Below are positions 1 to 11,835 of a DNA stretch of 64,000 nt, piece after piece (within the stretch, counting starts at the first letter, position 1; each line of letters starts with the position of its first letter). The notes under the pieces were generated by a model, which ran no database searches, was not told where the DNA came from, and saw only the letters and a program-made list of their open reading frames with translations. Both the position numbers and the translations under genes were made by a program. The stretch spans positions 620,001 through 684,000 of the forward strand of contig ML978133.1 in NCBI GenBank assembly GCA_010015805.1, read 5' to 3'. The DNA comes from Rhizodiscina lignyota. Taxonomy: Eukaryota.

Positions 1-959
1 CGGGTTGTCTCGACATAAATCTTCCCGTTCTCTTCCCAGCCTGATGCAGTGTGACTGTGCATGCAGTTCTTGTTGTAATTGTAAACTCGGTATTCGCCTG
101 GCTTCCAGCCCGCAGGGGGTTGATTCGGGCGTCGCGGGATTACGATGAAGGTTGATGGGAGGTCGTAGTTGTATGTAAAGTGATGTCCACCAGCCTTCAT
201 CCGGTCCACGCTCGCCTCGAATGGCCAAAGAAGTAGAGTGATGAAGTTCTCACTTAGCGCCATGTCGTGTATGAACGTGACATGCGGAGACTTGACCCAG
301 ATCTCGTTGTGCACCTTTCCATCTCGGTCTATGGAATATGCAACGACGTCATCTGATCCTGGGCCCTTTGCTTCGTATCCAAAAGTCACCAATTCGTTGG
401 TGAACGGGTCAATTTTGGGGTGGGCTGTAAAGGCTTTGGAATCTACTTGATCTCCATACGGGTCGTACTCCAGCGTCTCCAATGTGTCAGGGTCCATGGA
501 ATAACAGTTCGCAGACTCCCTCAGAACGAGGAGGCGCTTGTTCCAGTGAATGATGTTTGTCTGTGCCGTAGAGTCGACCACGCCACGGACACATGGATGG
601 TCGGACCAAGGATTCTTGAACAACCCAAACAGGCTCCTGCGCGCACGTCGCTCGACCAAGTAGCGCTCAGTCTCGACATATTTGATCTTGAAGTCTACTC
701 GTCCGTCTTTGATGCGGAAGGCGGTGACAACGCCATGACCATCAATCGGGCTTTGTTTGTTATGGGGCGGAGTGAATGGGTCTTGCGCAACCCGGTAAAA
801 GGTCCCTTCAATCTGTGAAGGAATCGTCCCGCGGACGATAACATCGCCAATCTCTCCTTCCAAGCGCACTGGAGGGTTCTTGCCGCTCAAGTCTATGGTA
901 TTAGACCATTTCGACCCAAGCTCCTCCGTCCCAGTCAGTGGCTTGGTAACGAAATCCAT
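1..959 (-). CDS. Carotenoid oxygenase / lignostilbene alpha,beta-dioxygenase (RPE65/CCO family), 3' end outside the window
   Basis: Manual translation from ATG at 959, open to the window edge with no intron: MDFVTKPLTG...RLEGEIGDVIVRGTIPSQIEGTFYRV...DGHG...KYVETERY...FTAHPKIDP...FIHDMALSENF...HSHTASGWEENG. FTAHPK, IHD and HT match three of the four Fe-ligating His motifs. Absent from the ORF track because no stop codon lies in the window. Confidence 0.92.
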   Translation of the reverse strand, partial: MDFVTKPLTGTEELGSKWSNTIDLSGKNPPVRLEGEIGDVIVRGTIPSQIEGTFYRVAQDPFTPPHNKQSPIDGHGVVTAFRIKDGRVDFKIKYVETERYLVERRARRSLFGLFKNPWSDHPCVRGVVDSTAQTNIIHWNKRLLVLRESANCYSMDPDTLETLEYDPYGDQVDSKAFTAHPKIDPFTNELVTFGYEAKGPGSDDVVAYSIDRDGKVHNEIWVKSPHVTFIHDMALSENFITLLLWPFEASVDRMKAGGHHFTYNYDLPSTFIVIPRRPNQPPAGWKPGEYRVYNYNKNCMHSHTASGWEENGKIYVETT

Positions 960-1359
960 TTCCAAACTGTTTCGTGAATTAGCAGTAAAGATGTGGAAAA
1001 TTATGCTTTAGAAGATATTTGAGTTGCAAATTGGCGATACTGAAAGCGTATCCCTTTATCTGTGAAGCTGCTTATTGGAATTTAAGTGGCCGTGTCGGAA
1101 ACTTCGGCTTTCACAATATTCAATTTCCGACGGAATAAACAGAGTAAATACCAGCTTACCCTATGGACTCTGATGGAAGTATGAACAACCCATGAGGTAA
1201 AAATCCTACGAGGAAGCAGTCAGTAAATGGAGAGCGGCGGATCGTGGCCACTTACAGCGGATATCACACCTACCTGCCAGTACGTGCATCGTAAGCAGCT
1301 TGCAAAGCCTCCGACAAGGGTCAGAATGCGATAAGGTAATACTTTACAACTACCTCCAA

Positions 1360-1836
1360 CTATGAGAAAAGTCCCTCCGTGTCCTCCCCAATAGCGAAAA
1401 ACTTCCTGAGATGCTGTTTCGCAACACGCCATCCCTCCGGCGTCCTCCTATACTCAAACCGATAAGGCCCACCCCAACAATAATTCGCTTCTGGCTTCTT
1501 GACATCGGGGGTGACATAGAGCGTGAGATATGCCGTCGCTGTCGCAGTATCTGAGCCATCAACCTCAAAGTGGAGGTTGGTAATGCTGTGGATCACCCCT
1601 TGGAACACTTCTTCGCACGACGCGGCTTTTGCAATCTCTGCACGGCCACGTTTGGGGCCCCAGTTTTCGACTTCCATGACACCGTCTTCGGTATAAGTGT
1701 TTGCGAACGCTTCCCAGTGGTGGTTGTCGACTTCTGTACAGTAGCGGTTCATGAGCGTCCAGAGGGCGTCCTTGTCCTCGAGGATTTGGAGGCGCTTTTG
1801 CATATCCTCGATCGTTTTCGCTAGGTTGGCGTCCAT
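1360..1836 (-). CDS. SnoaL-like / NTF2-fold protein (LinA, BaiE, scytalone dehydratase-like)
   Basis: Intronless 158 aa ORF: LEDKDAL..LMNRYC..VD..W...FA..YTEDG, H83-x-x-TN, and C-terminal Y.FEYRRTPEGWR. Y32/D37/H83 are placed like the catalytic Tyr/Asp/His of this family. Confidence 0.85.
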   Translation of the reverse strand: MDANLAKTIEDMQKRLQILEDKDALWTLMNRYCTEVDNHHWEAFANTYTEDGVMEVENWGPKRGRAEIAKAASCEEVFQGVIHSITNLHFEVDGSDTATATAYLTLYVTPDVKKPEANYCWGGPYRFEYRRTPEGWRVAKQHLRKFFAIGEDTEGLFS

Positions 1837-1968
1837 TTTGATGATAAGAATATATTCCAGCTAAGTTTCTGGCAACTGAAGGGAATGAAACTGTACAGGA
1901 AGCCCCCGTTAAAGAACTCTAGTTCAGGCTACAAATGGATTCTCAGTCCCCGCAGCTTGGTATCAAAA

Positions 1969-1986
1969 CCTCGGACTCTACCGAGG
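1969..1986. promoter_or_regulatory. Palindromic Zn2Cys6-type site CCTCGG-N6-CCGAGG
   Basis: cctcgg actcta ccgagg about 130 nt upstream of the SnoaL ATG. Fits TCGG-N6-CCGA (UaY/Ppr1 type) and contains two CCGAGG (FarA/CTF1) cores. Confidence 0.45.
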
Positions 1987-2257
1987 AGAATGAGGAGAAC
2001 GGGAAACATCATCCCTTATGATGTAACTAGTCCTGATGCTACTAGCCAGAGCAAGTTTGATCGATAAACCGAAGTTTGCAGTACATGTGAAATGATAAGG
2101 GCACGGACTCCATGGAGGTACGCGCAAACTAGGCCCGAATAGGAAATATTGATGATACGAGCGCCCAACATCACATTCTCAAATAAAGGATATCACAACG
2201 GCGGCAAAGCTAGAGAAGAGGTCGTATCCAATTAAGTTCTCAAGAGTAAATGACCAA

Positions 2258-5200
2258 TCACGTCACCGCTGCCTCGCCGCTAGCCCTCTGACTACCGCTT
2301 CCACTGCCATCGCCACTAGCAGGCTGCGATCCAGCAGCATTATCACTGGCACTCGAATCCGGTACCTCCTCCGGTTCAGTCGCTGCAGGCGCATGCTTGA
2401 TCTCCTTCTTGCCATTCGCTTTATAATATAAAAGTACATCGCCGCCTCCGCGCCAAACGTGCGCACGAATCGTTGCGAGTGTCATCGTTGGAGAGACGAG
2501 CTATGCCGGGTCAGTGGCTCTGTGTATAATAGACGAAGAGAAAGAATAGAGATTATGGGGACCAGAATTGATTGTCAATGCTTACCTGATTCTGGCAGTA
2601 CAGCTCTAGATACTCCTCTGGTCTCATCGCATTTGGTTCCGGCTTCGCTGGTTGCGGCTCAATTCGCTCTGCTACATAAGCTAGGACCTTACGAGCGCGC
2701 AACATCCTGTTAGCGTTCAGACGGTTATTGCTATTCGGTTTGGTTAGCCCCATACTCAGATAAATCTGGAAGGTATCATACCCATCGCTCGCAATAGCCG
2801 GCAATTGATTTTGCCAAGGCTCTAGGATAAACGCGACTTTGACGATGTCTTTCATAGGGACCTGATTCCTCAATAGAACATCTCCTAGCCACATCGGCGC
2901 CACCTTCTCTATTAGATCCGCCTGGCCACCTAAGCTTCCGACCGTGCCTTCAAACAGATCCGCGACTCCGCCGCTTCCTGGTCTATCCTCTTGGATCAGA
3001 ATAGTTGTGGCGGTAGGAGGCTTGATGACTGGCGTCTCATTCGGCAAGCTTGGATTGACTGCGCTGCCCATGCTCTGCATCGTCACGCTTGTACCAGGTT
3101 CGCGATCTTTGGCTTCTTGTATATGGTCTTCGTAGCCTTGCCGTATTCGCTGCACACAGCCTAGGAAGTTATCTTCAAACGTGCGATGTTCAGTGGTCGA
3201 TGATCGGGAGTCCGAGTCCTCGGACTTTTCCTCTGTTGCTGGGGCGGGGGTAGGTTTATTGGCCTCTGCTGTAGTGGTTCGAGCGAGCTTCTTCATGCCG
3301 AACGACATGTCCATACGGAACTTCTTGCCAAAAACAGCAGGCGATTTCTTTTTGCCTGCGTCCGTTGGTGATGCTGTCGTATTTTCGTCATGAGATTCCG
3401 CAGCCGTGCCACCGTGGCCATTTGTTTGATTGCCTGGAGTAACTGGATTTTGCTGCCCAGTCGGTGCAGCCGAGAAGTAGTCACCCTGCTTCTCTCCTGC
3501 CGGCGTTCCAGCTCCACCTCGAGTAGAGGGTTTCGCAGATTGGGAGTTCTCCTCTCCCGTTGGCACACCCGCTTGATTTGAATGGGCTGCCATTGGCATT
3601 GGTCCTGGCGTGGCTAGGCCAATTCCCATACCCGGTGTGTTCGGCCGATTTGCGCCATTTGTTGGCTTGACTGTGGTCGCAGATGTGGGTGTGGAAGCAC
3701 CTTCAGGCCAAGTGTTCAAGCCTTGTCCTGGGAGCTCTATTGAACCGGGCGCATTCTCACGAAGGATCGCTTGGCCCTTCTCAGCGATAAGCTGCTTTCG
3801 AAACGCTTCATCGCGCCTGATTTCTTCGTCGATGAGATTTGCAAAGAGATACCGCAATATCCACTTCCCGAGATTGATCCGCTGATCCTCTCGAAATTCT
3901 ATCTGCTCGTCAAGTTGCAGCTCATCGGCATACATCTCTGCGTCGAAGCAGTAGTTCTCCTCGAGCACACATGTGAGACTTCCTGTCCGTGTATCGACTG
4001 CACACCAGTGTGCTACTGTTTCTGTTATATTTACTTCTGGAAGTACATCTTCCATATGGCGTTTGCCGAACGACTTGATCGGAGCGCATTGAATGAGATC
4101 CCACATCATAACCTCTCCAGCTGTGTCCAGGGTCAGGACTCTCCTTCGATCATTCAGCATGATGTGCTTTATCAATCCATTTTGGCCTTCGATCGTATGG
4201 TCCGGAAGAGCTCGCACTGGCACGGTTCCACCAGTATCTATCTCAGGTAATGTTTCAGATGGCTTTCTCGCACTGACATTGGAGTACAGCGTCGTAGTAT
4301 CTGCATCACGGTTCGGATACATGTGAAAGGGAGCTGCATTGGACACGCGTAGGAGGGAGCGGAAGGGAATTTGTCCCTGTTGCGAGCCTGAACGCTGCGG
4401 GTCTGCTGTTGGGGCAGACAAGGATGCTTTCGTGCGTGCAGTTGCAATGCTCGCGCGGTGCGCCTTCAAAGCTTCTGGTACTTGCACCTCGGACTCGGTG
4501 TCAACGTCGTTCCAGCGATTGATGCTAGAGCTTGAAGTTGACGTCCAGACATAATCGCCTGCATGAATGACTTTGTTGACGCCTTCGTGCTCCTGGCAGA
4601 TGGCGACAGACATGCCTTCGTCCATCTCGTTGCAGCCTCGAGCGTCCGTTTTTGCAACAAGACCGGATCTATCGCTTGAGTAGAAGACTGATAGCCGGGG
4701 GTGATCTGAGGCTATTGACCAGACGCTGTCGTTATGCATCGTGAGTGTATACATGCACCTGCCTGCGGTCATCGACCACACTTTGACTGTCTGGTCCGAT
4801 GAAGCAGTCATGATGGTATCGCCATCTTGCGCAATAAGCACGTCTCGGATGTTGTCCGTATGTCCGACGAATTTTGTGATTCGCTTCCCTGATCGCGGAT
4901 CCCATACTCTTACTATGCTCTCGGGACCGCCACTTGCTAGTACATTCGGCGTGACTGCAAGCGCATAGACCGAGCCTTTCGCAGTGCTATCATCTTCGCC
5001 AACATGGATCTTGAGCCTCTCTCCTTGCCCTTCCAGGTCCCAGAGACATATTTTCCGGTCCAGTCCACCGGATGCCACCCATGTAGCTTGTGGGCCTGGG
5101 GAGGCCAGGCATTTCACGTAATCGCTATGCAGCCCAATTGTTTGGGGAGGTAGAACATCCTCCGCAGCTGGTCTCCAAACCTTTACTGTGATATCTGAGG

Positions 5201-5667
5201 ACGCAGAAACAAGCGCCTGGTTGTTCTCCGCGAGCACAATGTCGTTGATCCAGTGTGTATGCGCCTGGACCTGCTGGCGAAACGTGGTCGCGGGCCCATT
5301 TTTCGATGCGCCCTCGGCGGGCTGCTGTCGCTGGGAGGAGGCATCGTCGGCGAAAGGGTCGAGCTCGAGGTTTAAGTCCCAGGCGCATATCACGCCGTCC
5401 CTGCCACCAGAATAGCTGTTCCACTGCAGTCAGCCGGGCCGTCGCACTTTGCGCTCGAGAGAAGTAGGACGCACAGGATCGAATTATTTGGATCTACGGC
5501 CAGGCCATTGACACCAAGTCGGTGCCCGCCGGCAGATTTGGCAAGCGGCAGAACTACGCGATCGCATGTAAGCGAAGCTCTTCATGTTGGGAGGGGGGAT
5601 TGGAGCAGCATGCAAGGGCAGTAGAGCTCATACCATAGGAAATGCGCTTCCTCTCCTTACGAACCAT
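2258..5667 (-). CDS. WDR48: WD40 deubiquitinase-activating factor (WDR48/UAF1/Duf1/Bun107 family), multi-exon
   Basis: Exon 1 [11 protein letters not shown] (ATG 5667), exon 2 [21 protein letters not shown], then [23 protein letters not shown] and GHTDNIR WD repeats. C-terminal [12 protein letters not shown]...LELYCQ...[21 protein letters not shown]. Canonical introns. Confidence 0.92.
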
Positions 5668-6124
5668 CACATTGACTTTTCGGTGTCGCAGAAGACATGG
5701 GAGAGAAGCGACAGTCGCATCAATAGCTAAGGGTAGTGGAAGCGGGACAAGGCAGACATGGAGCTGGCTAATACGACGGGCTCAGGACTTTGCGGCGATC
5801 CGGTCGCCGCGTCAAGGCGTTCGGTTGATTGCGCGCGATCCTTGTCGCTGCGGAGGAGAACGGTTACGGAAGGTCAATTGCTCGTGGCGAGGGAGCTGTT
5901 AACGTGAATTTCTAATAATTCATGCCAGACTTGAAAACACTCGCAGAATTCGACTTTTGACGACATAATGTTCGAATTATTGGTGCGAGCTTCGAGGACC
6001 TCTACTTGAAGAGTATCGAGCTCCTTCGCTCGCGGGGGCATGTTCTGCCAGTACGGATTTATGAATTACACGCTGCCACCTCGACAGGAAGCCCTCCAAT
6101 TTGGTGAATTACAAGTGTAAGCAC

Positions 6125-8514
6125 CTAATGGTAGCCATTGGGTATCTCCAAGCCGTCCAGCTCATCCTTCCTCGCCCTGTAGAGGTCTTGTGCTTGCCTC
6201 TCCCTCCGACTGATAAACGCCACTTCCTCTCGAAGAGCATCAAGCCGCCTCGGAATGGCTTCCTCTTCTGCTTGCTGCAGAGTGCGGAGCGAGCTCAACT
6301 CCATCTTCGCCTTTTCCAGCGTCTCATGGGTATCGCCGATTTTCTTCCGAAGAGCCTTCGACCTTTGCTGGTAGCCTCCCAGGTGCAAAGCAAGCTTCTT
6401 CTCCAGCCCATGGCTCTTTGTTGCGGACTGAGCTATCTGGTCTTGTACATTCTACGTCACGTTAGTTATTTTGTGCGAGCCATAGCGGCAGATTGTAAAC
6501 TTACCTCAAACGTTTTCGATATCAATTCATGCTCATCAACCTCGTCTTCGTCGTATGCATCTAGACCAAGCACCTTCATCGACCGCTTCATAGGCTTAGC
6601 ATCCTCCATGCTCGGCTCTGTGCCTGCATTCCCGACCTCCGCCGCCACAGCGATCTTCGCTTTATTGATGACTTCTTCGTCCATAATCTCAACTGGACGC
6701 GAGTCTCCCTTGACTTGGGACCCACCGAACTTCAGAGCATCATTTGCGATTAAATGGGCAGCTTCGATGGCGATTTGTCTAGCAACAGGATCCGCACGCT
6801 GTGAGGCGCCCTGTATCAAGGCGTCGATATCGATCTTGGGAGGCCGGGGTAGTCCCCGCTGGACTACTTGAGTTTGTCGCCTGAACTCAGCAACCTCGGC
6901 GGCTTTGCGTAATTCCTCATTTCTCCTGTCACGCACAGCAGCGTCCTCCTCACTCAGCTCAACTTCATTTTCCTCCTCCTGGTCCTCCGGAATCTCAAAC
7001 TCCCAATCGGTCTGCGTGGGTCTGGGTAGAGAAGCAAGCTTGCTCATGAGATCCTGCCTCCGCGCTTTCTCATACAATCTGAGGTCGCGAGGAGTCTGGG
7101 CCACCAGAGCGGCATTTTCTTGATTCAGTCGGAAGTTGTCTCGTGGCGTACGCATTGGCGTTGCTCCTGGCCCGGCACCATTGCGCATGGGTGTGGAACC
7201 GATACCTACACCGCCTTGACGCAGTGGTGTTGCTAGTGGATTAGGAGTGTGAATCTGCTGCTGGCTGGGAGCCACTCCACCGAATCCAGTAGAACTCTCT
7301 CCCTCGTAGAGAGGTGTGTTTTCTCCGCCCAGAAGTGCTGATTGGGTGCCAGTACGTGCTATTGCGTTTCGGACCTCGTTCGCGACGCGATCTTCTTCCT
7401 TTGGAGCCATTGGTGTGCGGATCGGCGTACTTCCAACAATACCAGAATAGTTGCCGATCAGACCTCGTGTAGCCTCGTTCTCACTGCCACCTGCAGTCTT
7501 AGTTGCTCGTTCATCCGCCATGCCCATTTTCACAATCTCCTCAAGTTCGCCATCCCCAACCTGGGGCGATGGAAGAACTAAAGCTTTCCTCTTGCTCCGC
7601 TGTTCCGCCTCCCGAATCTTCTGCATCTGCGCTGCCTTGGCTGCGGCAGCGGATATGTTCTGCCCACCGCCCTTATCCCCTTTCCGCTTCTTCTGATCGT
7701 TGCCCTCATCCTCCGGATCACCCCGCCTCTTGAGCGCAAGCTGCTGCTTCCGAGGGTCATAAGCTTCTCGTTGCTTTTCGTTCCGCACTGCTTCATCTTG
7801 TGTGTCGTAGAAGCCCGGTGCTGGCTCATGTTCGAATGGGATGTCGGCATTGTAGTCCATCTCGCCCTTCTTCCGCGTGACTACTCTGATGTTGATACCT
7901 GCATTCTTGAGCTCTCTCCGTTTCTGCAACACCGCGAGCCGCCTAGACTCCTCTAGTTGTCGCTCTCGAGCCTTTCTCTTCGCCTTCTTGCCCTGAGTAT
8001 TTGCCAGACGTGCTCGTGCCTCGCTAAGCATCTCTTTCTCGTCCTCGTCTAGATCGATAGTATCTGGCCTTGCGGGTTTGGACTCTGGATCAGGATCGAG
8101 TTCTCCCGGACGCAGTCTGCGCACATCATCTGCTGTTGGCGCACTGGTTTCGCCCCCTTCTGGTCCTGCAAGACCAAAATCCTCATTCTCTCTCGCCTCT
8201 GCATCATCCAGCAGCTTCTGATATCGCTCCAGACATTGTGTTGCTGTCCTTCCCACTATTGGTGCGATCGTCCGCCATTGCGTGGGCATCAACTTTGCCA
8301 GATGCAAAAGCTTCTCATCCTCCTCCTTCGACCACTCAATCTTCTTGATGTTGGGGTCAAGCCATTCTGTCCATCGCGCCTTGCACTGTTTGGGTGTTTT
8401 CCGCGCGAGGAGGGAGGAGACGCGTGCCCATTGGTTTAAACCATATTTCGATATGGCAGCTTTGAGAATTTCATCTTCGATGTTAGTCCAGACTCCGCCT
8501 TTTGCGGCAACCAT
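6125..8514 (-). CDS. CEF1: Pre-mRNA splicing factor Cef1/Cdc5 (Myb domains)
   Basis: [32 protein letters not shown]...[23 protein letters not shown]. One intron at 6452-6504 (GTAAGT..TAG) joins the C-terminal exon. Confidence 0.97.
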
Positions 8515-8894
8515 GTTGGTTAATGGCGAAGGAGAGGTGACGAATTATAGGGAACGAGGATCGAACGGAGGGGGTTTAATCGTGTAGATATTGCGATCCG
8601 TGAGTATGAGAGGTTCAAAGCATGTGAAGCGACTTTGAGAGATATGGATTCCTCCAGTGTTGCCTCTGGCCTAAGCACGGCTGTGTTGATGGTTCAGAGT
8701 TGGGTGTAAAAAGTCGAGGATAGCTTTTCGCGTTTCGCGGCGGATAGATCCGATTCAAGCATAAAATCACGTGATCTGCATAATGACTCGTGCCAGAATA
8801 CTCCCCCTTCTTCGATGCTTTGAATCCAGAAAGACGATGTTATATTACGATGCTCTTCCAAAATTGCATTCAATTACTATTATCTAGTACCACG

Positions 8895-9300
8895 ATGAAT
8901 CGAGTGCTGCCTAGGAGCTGGGCTTTGCTGTCGAGAGAATGCCAACTTGTACCGTCTTCAATCACCCCAGTGGCGAAGACTCGACATGCGTCCTCAAAAT
9001 CAGAATCGAGCTCTGTTGGGGAATCACCAGAGGTATGAGAATGCTACGCTTGTACAGTTCATATCAAAATTTAACATACTAATGCAGAAATCGAAATTGA
9101 ACAATGATGAAACTCCAGAGCCCTCCAAGTCCGATCAACAGCCCGCTCGGCGGAAGAGCGTCACGGAGCTCGATGAAGAGCTGAAGCAGAAAATGGCCGG
9201 TATCGCAGGAGATGGAGGCGATGCAGGTATTGAGCTGGAAGATGGCCAACCCGTATCAATGAAGCGGGGCGTCCGAGAGAACATGTTTCGATATATATGA
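8895..9300 (+). CDS. Small fungal protein of unknown function with a putative mitochondrial presequence
   Basis: ATG 8895, phase-0 intron 9033-9087 (GTATGA..CTAAT..CAG). R/S-rich N-terminus (RHASS) and C-terminus ELEDGQPVSMKRGVRENMFRYI. Divergent from CEF1, with a CACGTG box near 8768. Confidence 0.75.
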
Positions 9301-9744
9301 TTTCTTTTGCAAGGTCTGACCATCAACTCTGTTTACTGCAGACCACAATTCATAGGTCTTACATGCATTTTTAGAGGTCCGTTGGCATGTGTTGGGAGGG
9401 TTACCCCTCTGCGCTCCCCTCTGCGCTCCCCTCTGTGCTCTCAACGTCTTCACATTGAAATCCTTCTGCTCTCCTTCTACCCCTCTTTCGCCTACTATCT
9501 ACTTCAAGTTCGATTCCTCTCAAATTCTCCGGCATCTTCGACGAAGTCATCAGATTTACCATCTATCACTCCGCTTCCTTGGATATATCAACACTTGCGG
9601 CAACTCATAGTGACCGGCCTAAACGGACCATTCTCGTCGGGACTGGTTAGCGGACTCATTCGAGTGACGGTAGCCGATTCAACACGCAAAGGCTATAGCT
9701 TGAAACCCAAAAGAAAAGTGAGAACAAGAAGCAGGACTCCGAGC

Positions 9745-10603
9745 ATGGCACTATCTCAGTACGTTCATCAATATCCAAGTATCCAACTCTGGCTTACTTT
9801 CAATCAGACAAAGTGAACAGCAGCGTTTGGAGTTTATTTATCTCCCAACAGAGATTCGTCTCATAATCTATCGCTTCTTGCTCGGCCATTGGAGAGATGA
9901 ATCTTGTCTGTCGCTTGATGGATTTCTCATCCCGACTTGTCGACTTCCTTCGGGCGAAAGGGCAGAGATACCAACTGCGCTTCTCTCGACTTGCAAGGTG
10001 ATCCATGGCGAAGTGATTGGCGTACTCTACGGCGAGAATAATTTCTCCACTACGGTCATACCTCAGTATCCCACAGTAGACTGGCGGGCGTATGGTTGGC
10101 CGGAGATGCGCTTGGATCGTATTCACAAGCTACACATTCTCATCGAGTTCCGTTTTTCCTGCAGTACACAGATCGAGCGTGACTCCTTCAAGTTTCTGAA
10201 AGATTTTAAATCACTTCGATTCCTGTCGGTCGCTGTCGAAGACGATTATTCATGCAGAAACCGAAGATTCACTGGCTGGGCTCCTGGAACTACGATGTGG
10301 AAGCAGAACCTCCAATTTGTCCAGACCATGAATATGCTCCGCGCGTCGATCCCTCCAACAGTCAAAAAGTTAGTTTGGAATGGACACAAGTGTCAACAAT
10401 GCGATGACCAGGGATCCAAGTTTCCTGGCCGCAAAATTCCTCGGCTAGGCGGCTGGTTCCTTCGTGAGGTCTTTCGCGACATCCGGGAAGTAGTTAAGAC
10501 ACCATCGATTCAGTCTCGGCTTCCATCTGTGCTCAGGCCAGCGACAGAAAGTTCTACCGAAACAGATATTGTGGAGAGTTATTACGAATCGATTGACGCA
10601 TAG
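9745..10603 (+). CDS. F-box-like (2EXR/DUF7730-type) hypothetical protein
   Basis: ATG 9745 and intron 9759-9807 restore the frame. Motifs FIYLPTEIRLIIYRFLL and LLSTCKVIHGE...LYGENNF. Confidence 0.75.
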
Positions 10604-11070
10604 ACCTACATACCAAGAAACAGCTTCTTAGCGCGTGAGCAGATACAGGGAAAGGGAGAAGCATTGTTTGGAATTTGGACCAGAGGTGGAGGCTTCGGTC
10701 TTAAATTAGGGTGTGACATAGTTACATACGGATTGAAGAATGCAATCATAGTTGCTCAATTTGATGTCTGAACGTGTCGACATAAATTCCATCTACACCT
10801 ACACCGTGCAGTCTCGTTCTTCTCAAATCGATCGCCCTGGCATAGGCTTTCCATGCGAACTGTTTCCTCCTGCCCTTCAGGAACATATGTAGCATGATCT
10901 CTGGTATGGATCGGCGATAACTGGGTCGCAATGGCTTCCACCTCTGTGACCTCTACAGTTTTACCGACGTGGCCTAGGCTGTTCCGGAGATTCCAGTGTC
11001 TGCCTTAGCAGTGGTGCTCATATGATGATTCAAGCCGGTAGCAATATTGGCGCAGGCTACCGTCTAGCTT

Positions 11071-11415
11071 TCATGACTTTGACTTTTTGTCCTTTCCATC
11101 CCCCTCAACCTCCACGCCCGCCGCGGCAGCTAGCTCTCGATGCAGAGGCAATAGCTCTAGGAACTCTTTCGCGAGGTACCTAAACTCTGGATGTGCGTTC
11201 TTGACTCGCTCGACGACATCTTCTTGCGCAGGCGCGTCCTTCTGCTCTTCTTGCTCCTCGTCCAAGTCTGCTCCGAAATCATCCTCTTTCATTGCCTCTA
11301 AATGTTTCTGCTGAAGCCTCCTCGCCTCTTGCTCTTCGTCCAGAGCATCTTGCTCGGTTTCGATGATGTCTGCGTTATAGTCCTCGTCGGGCTTGCGCTG
11401 CTTCTGCTTCGGCAT
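11071..11415 (-). pseudogene. Truncated Sas10/Utp3-like fragment
   Basis: 114 aa: DYNADIIETEQDALDEEQEARRLQQKHLEAMKEDDFG...HPEFRYLAKEF resembles the N-terminal region of fungal Sas10/Utp3. The ORF stops with no C1D or Sas10 C-terminal domain visible downstream. Confidence 0.65.
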
Positions 11416-11631
11416 GACGCGCTGTGTGTCGACCGATGAGGGTAACTAGGTCGTGAAGGTTTCTATAATGACTTTCGGCGGCGGACCCGAAGTGTTCTCG
11501 TACGTTGATGGCCTAGACAGGCAGCTTTCAAGCGTTTTGGAGGACGAGGTTTGGATGGAAAAAGGTGCAGGCCAAGTCTAGAAAATTACAAGCTCAGACC
11601 AAGATTTTTATCGATAAGCCACAAAGCTTGG

Positions 11632-11835
11632 GAAATGTCCGATTTTGACCCTAAGCTCAAGTTTAGCACTCTAATCCAGGCTCCGATAGCTATTTAATTT
11701 TTATTTTTTCTTAAAAAATAATACTGACTACGTACTGTATTTAAAAAATCTATTTTATTCAACTATCTCTAATATTATGGTTGAGAAAATACACTGAAAA
11801 GGAGCGTGTGTCTAAGGTGTCAAATCGGACATTTC
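11632..11835. repeat. About 17-bp inverted repeats flanking an AT-rich core (MITE-like or paired regulatory motif)
   Basis: gaaatgtccgattttgac (11632-11649) versus gtcaaatcggacatttc (11819-11835), one indel. Core 11690-11780 is very AT-rich. Confidence 0.5.

Noticed and set aside
238..818. Plus-strand ORFs of 70 and 132 aa
   Set aside because: Antisense shadows of the minus-strand oxygenase.
9405..9440. 12-bp x3 repeat CCCTCTGCGCTC, and the 9-bp GCAGACCTC repeats near 35461-35500
   Set aside because: Ordinary slippage repeats.
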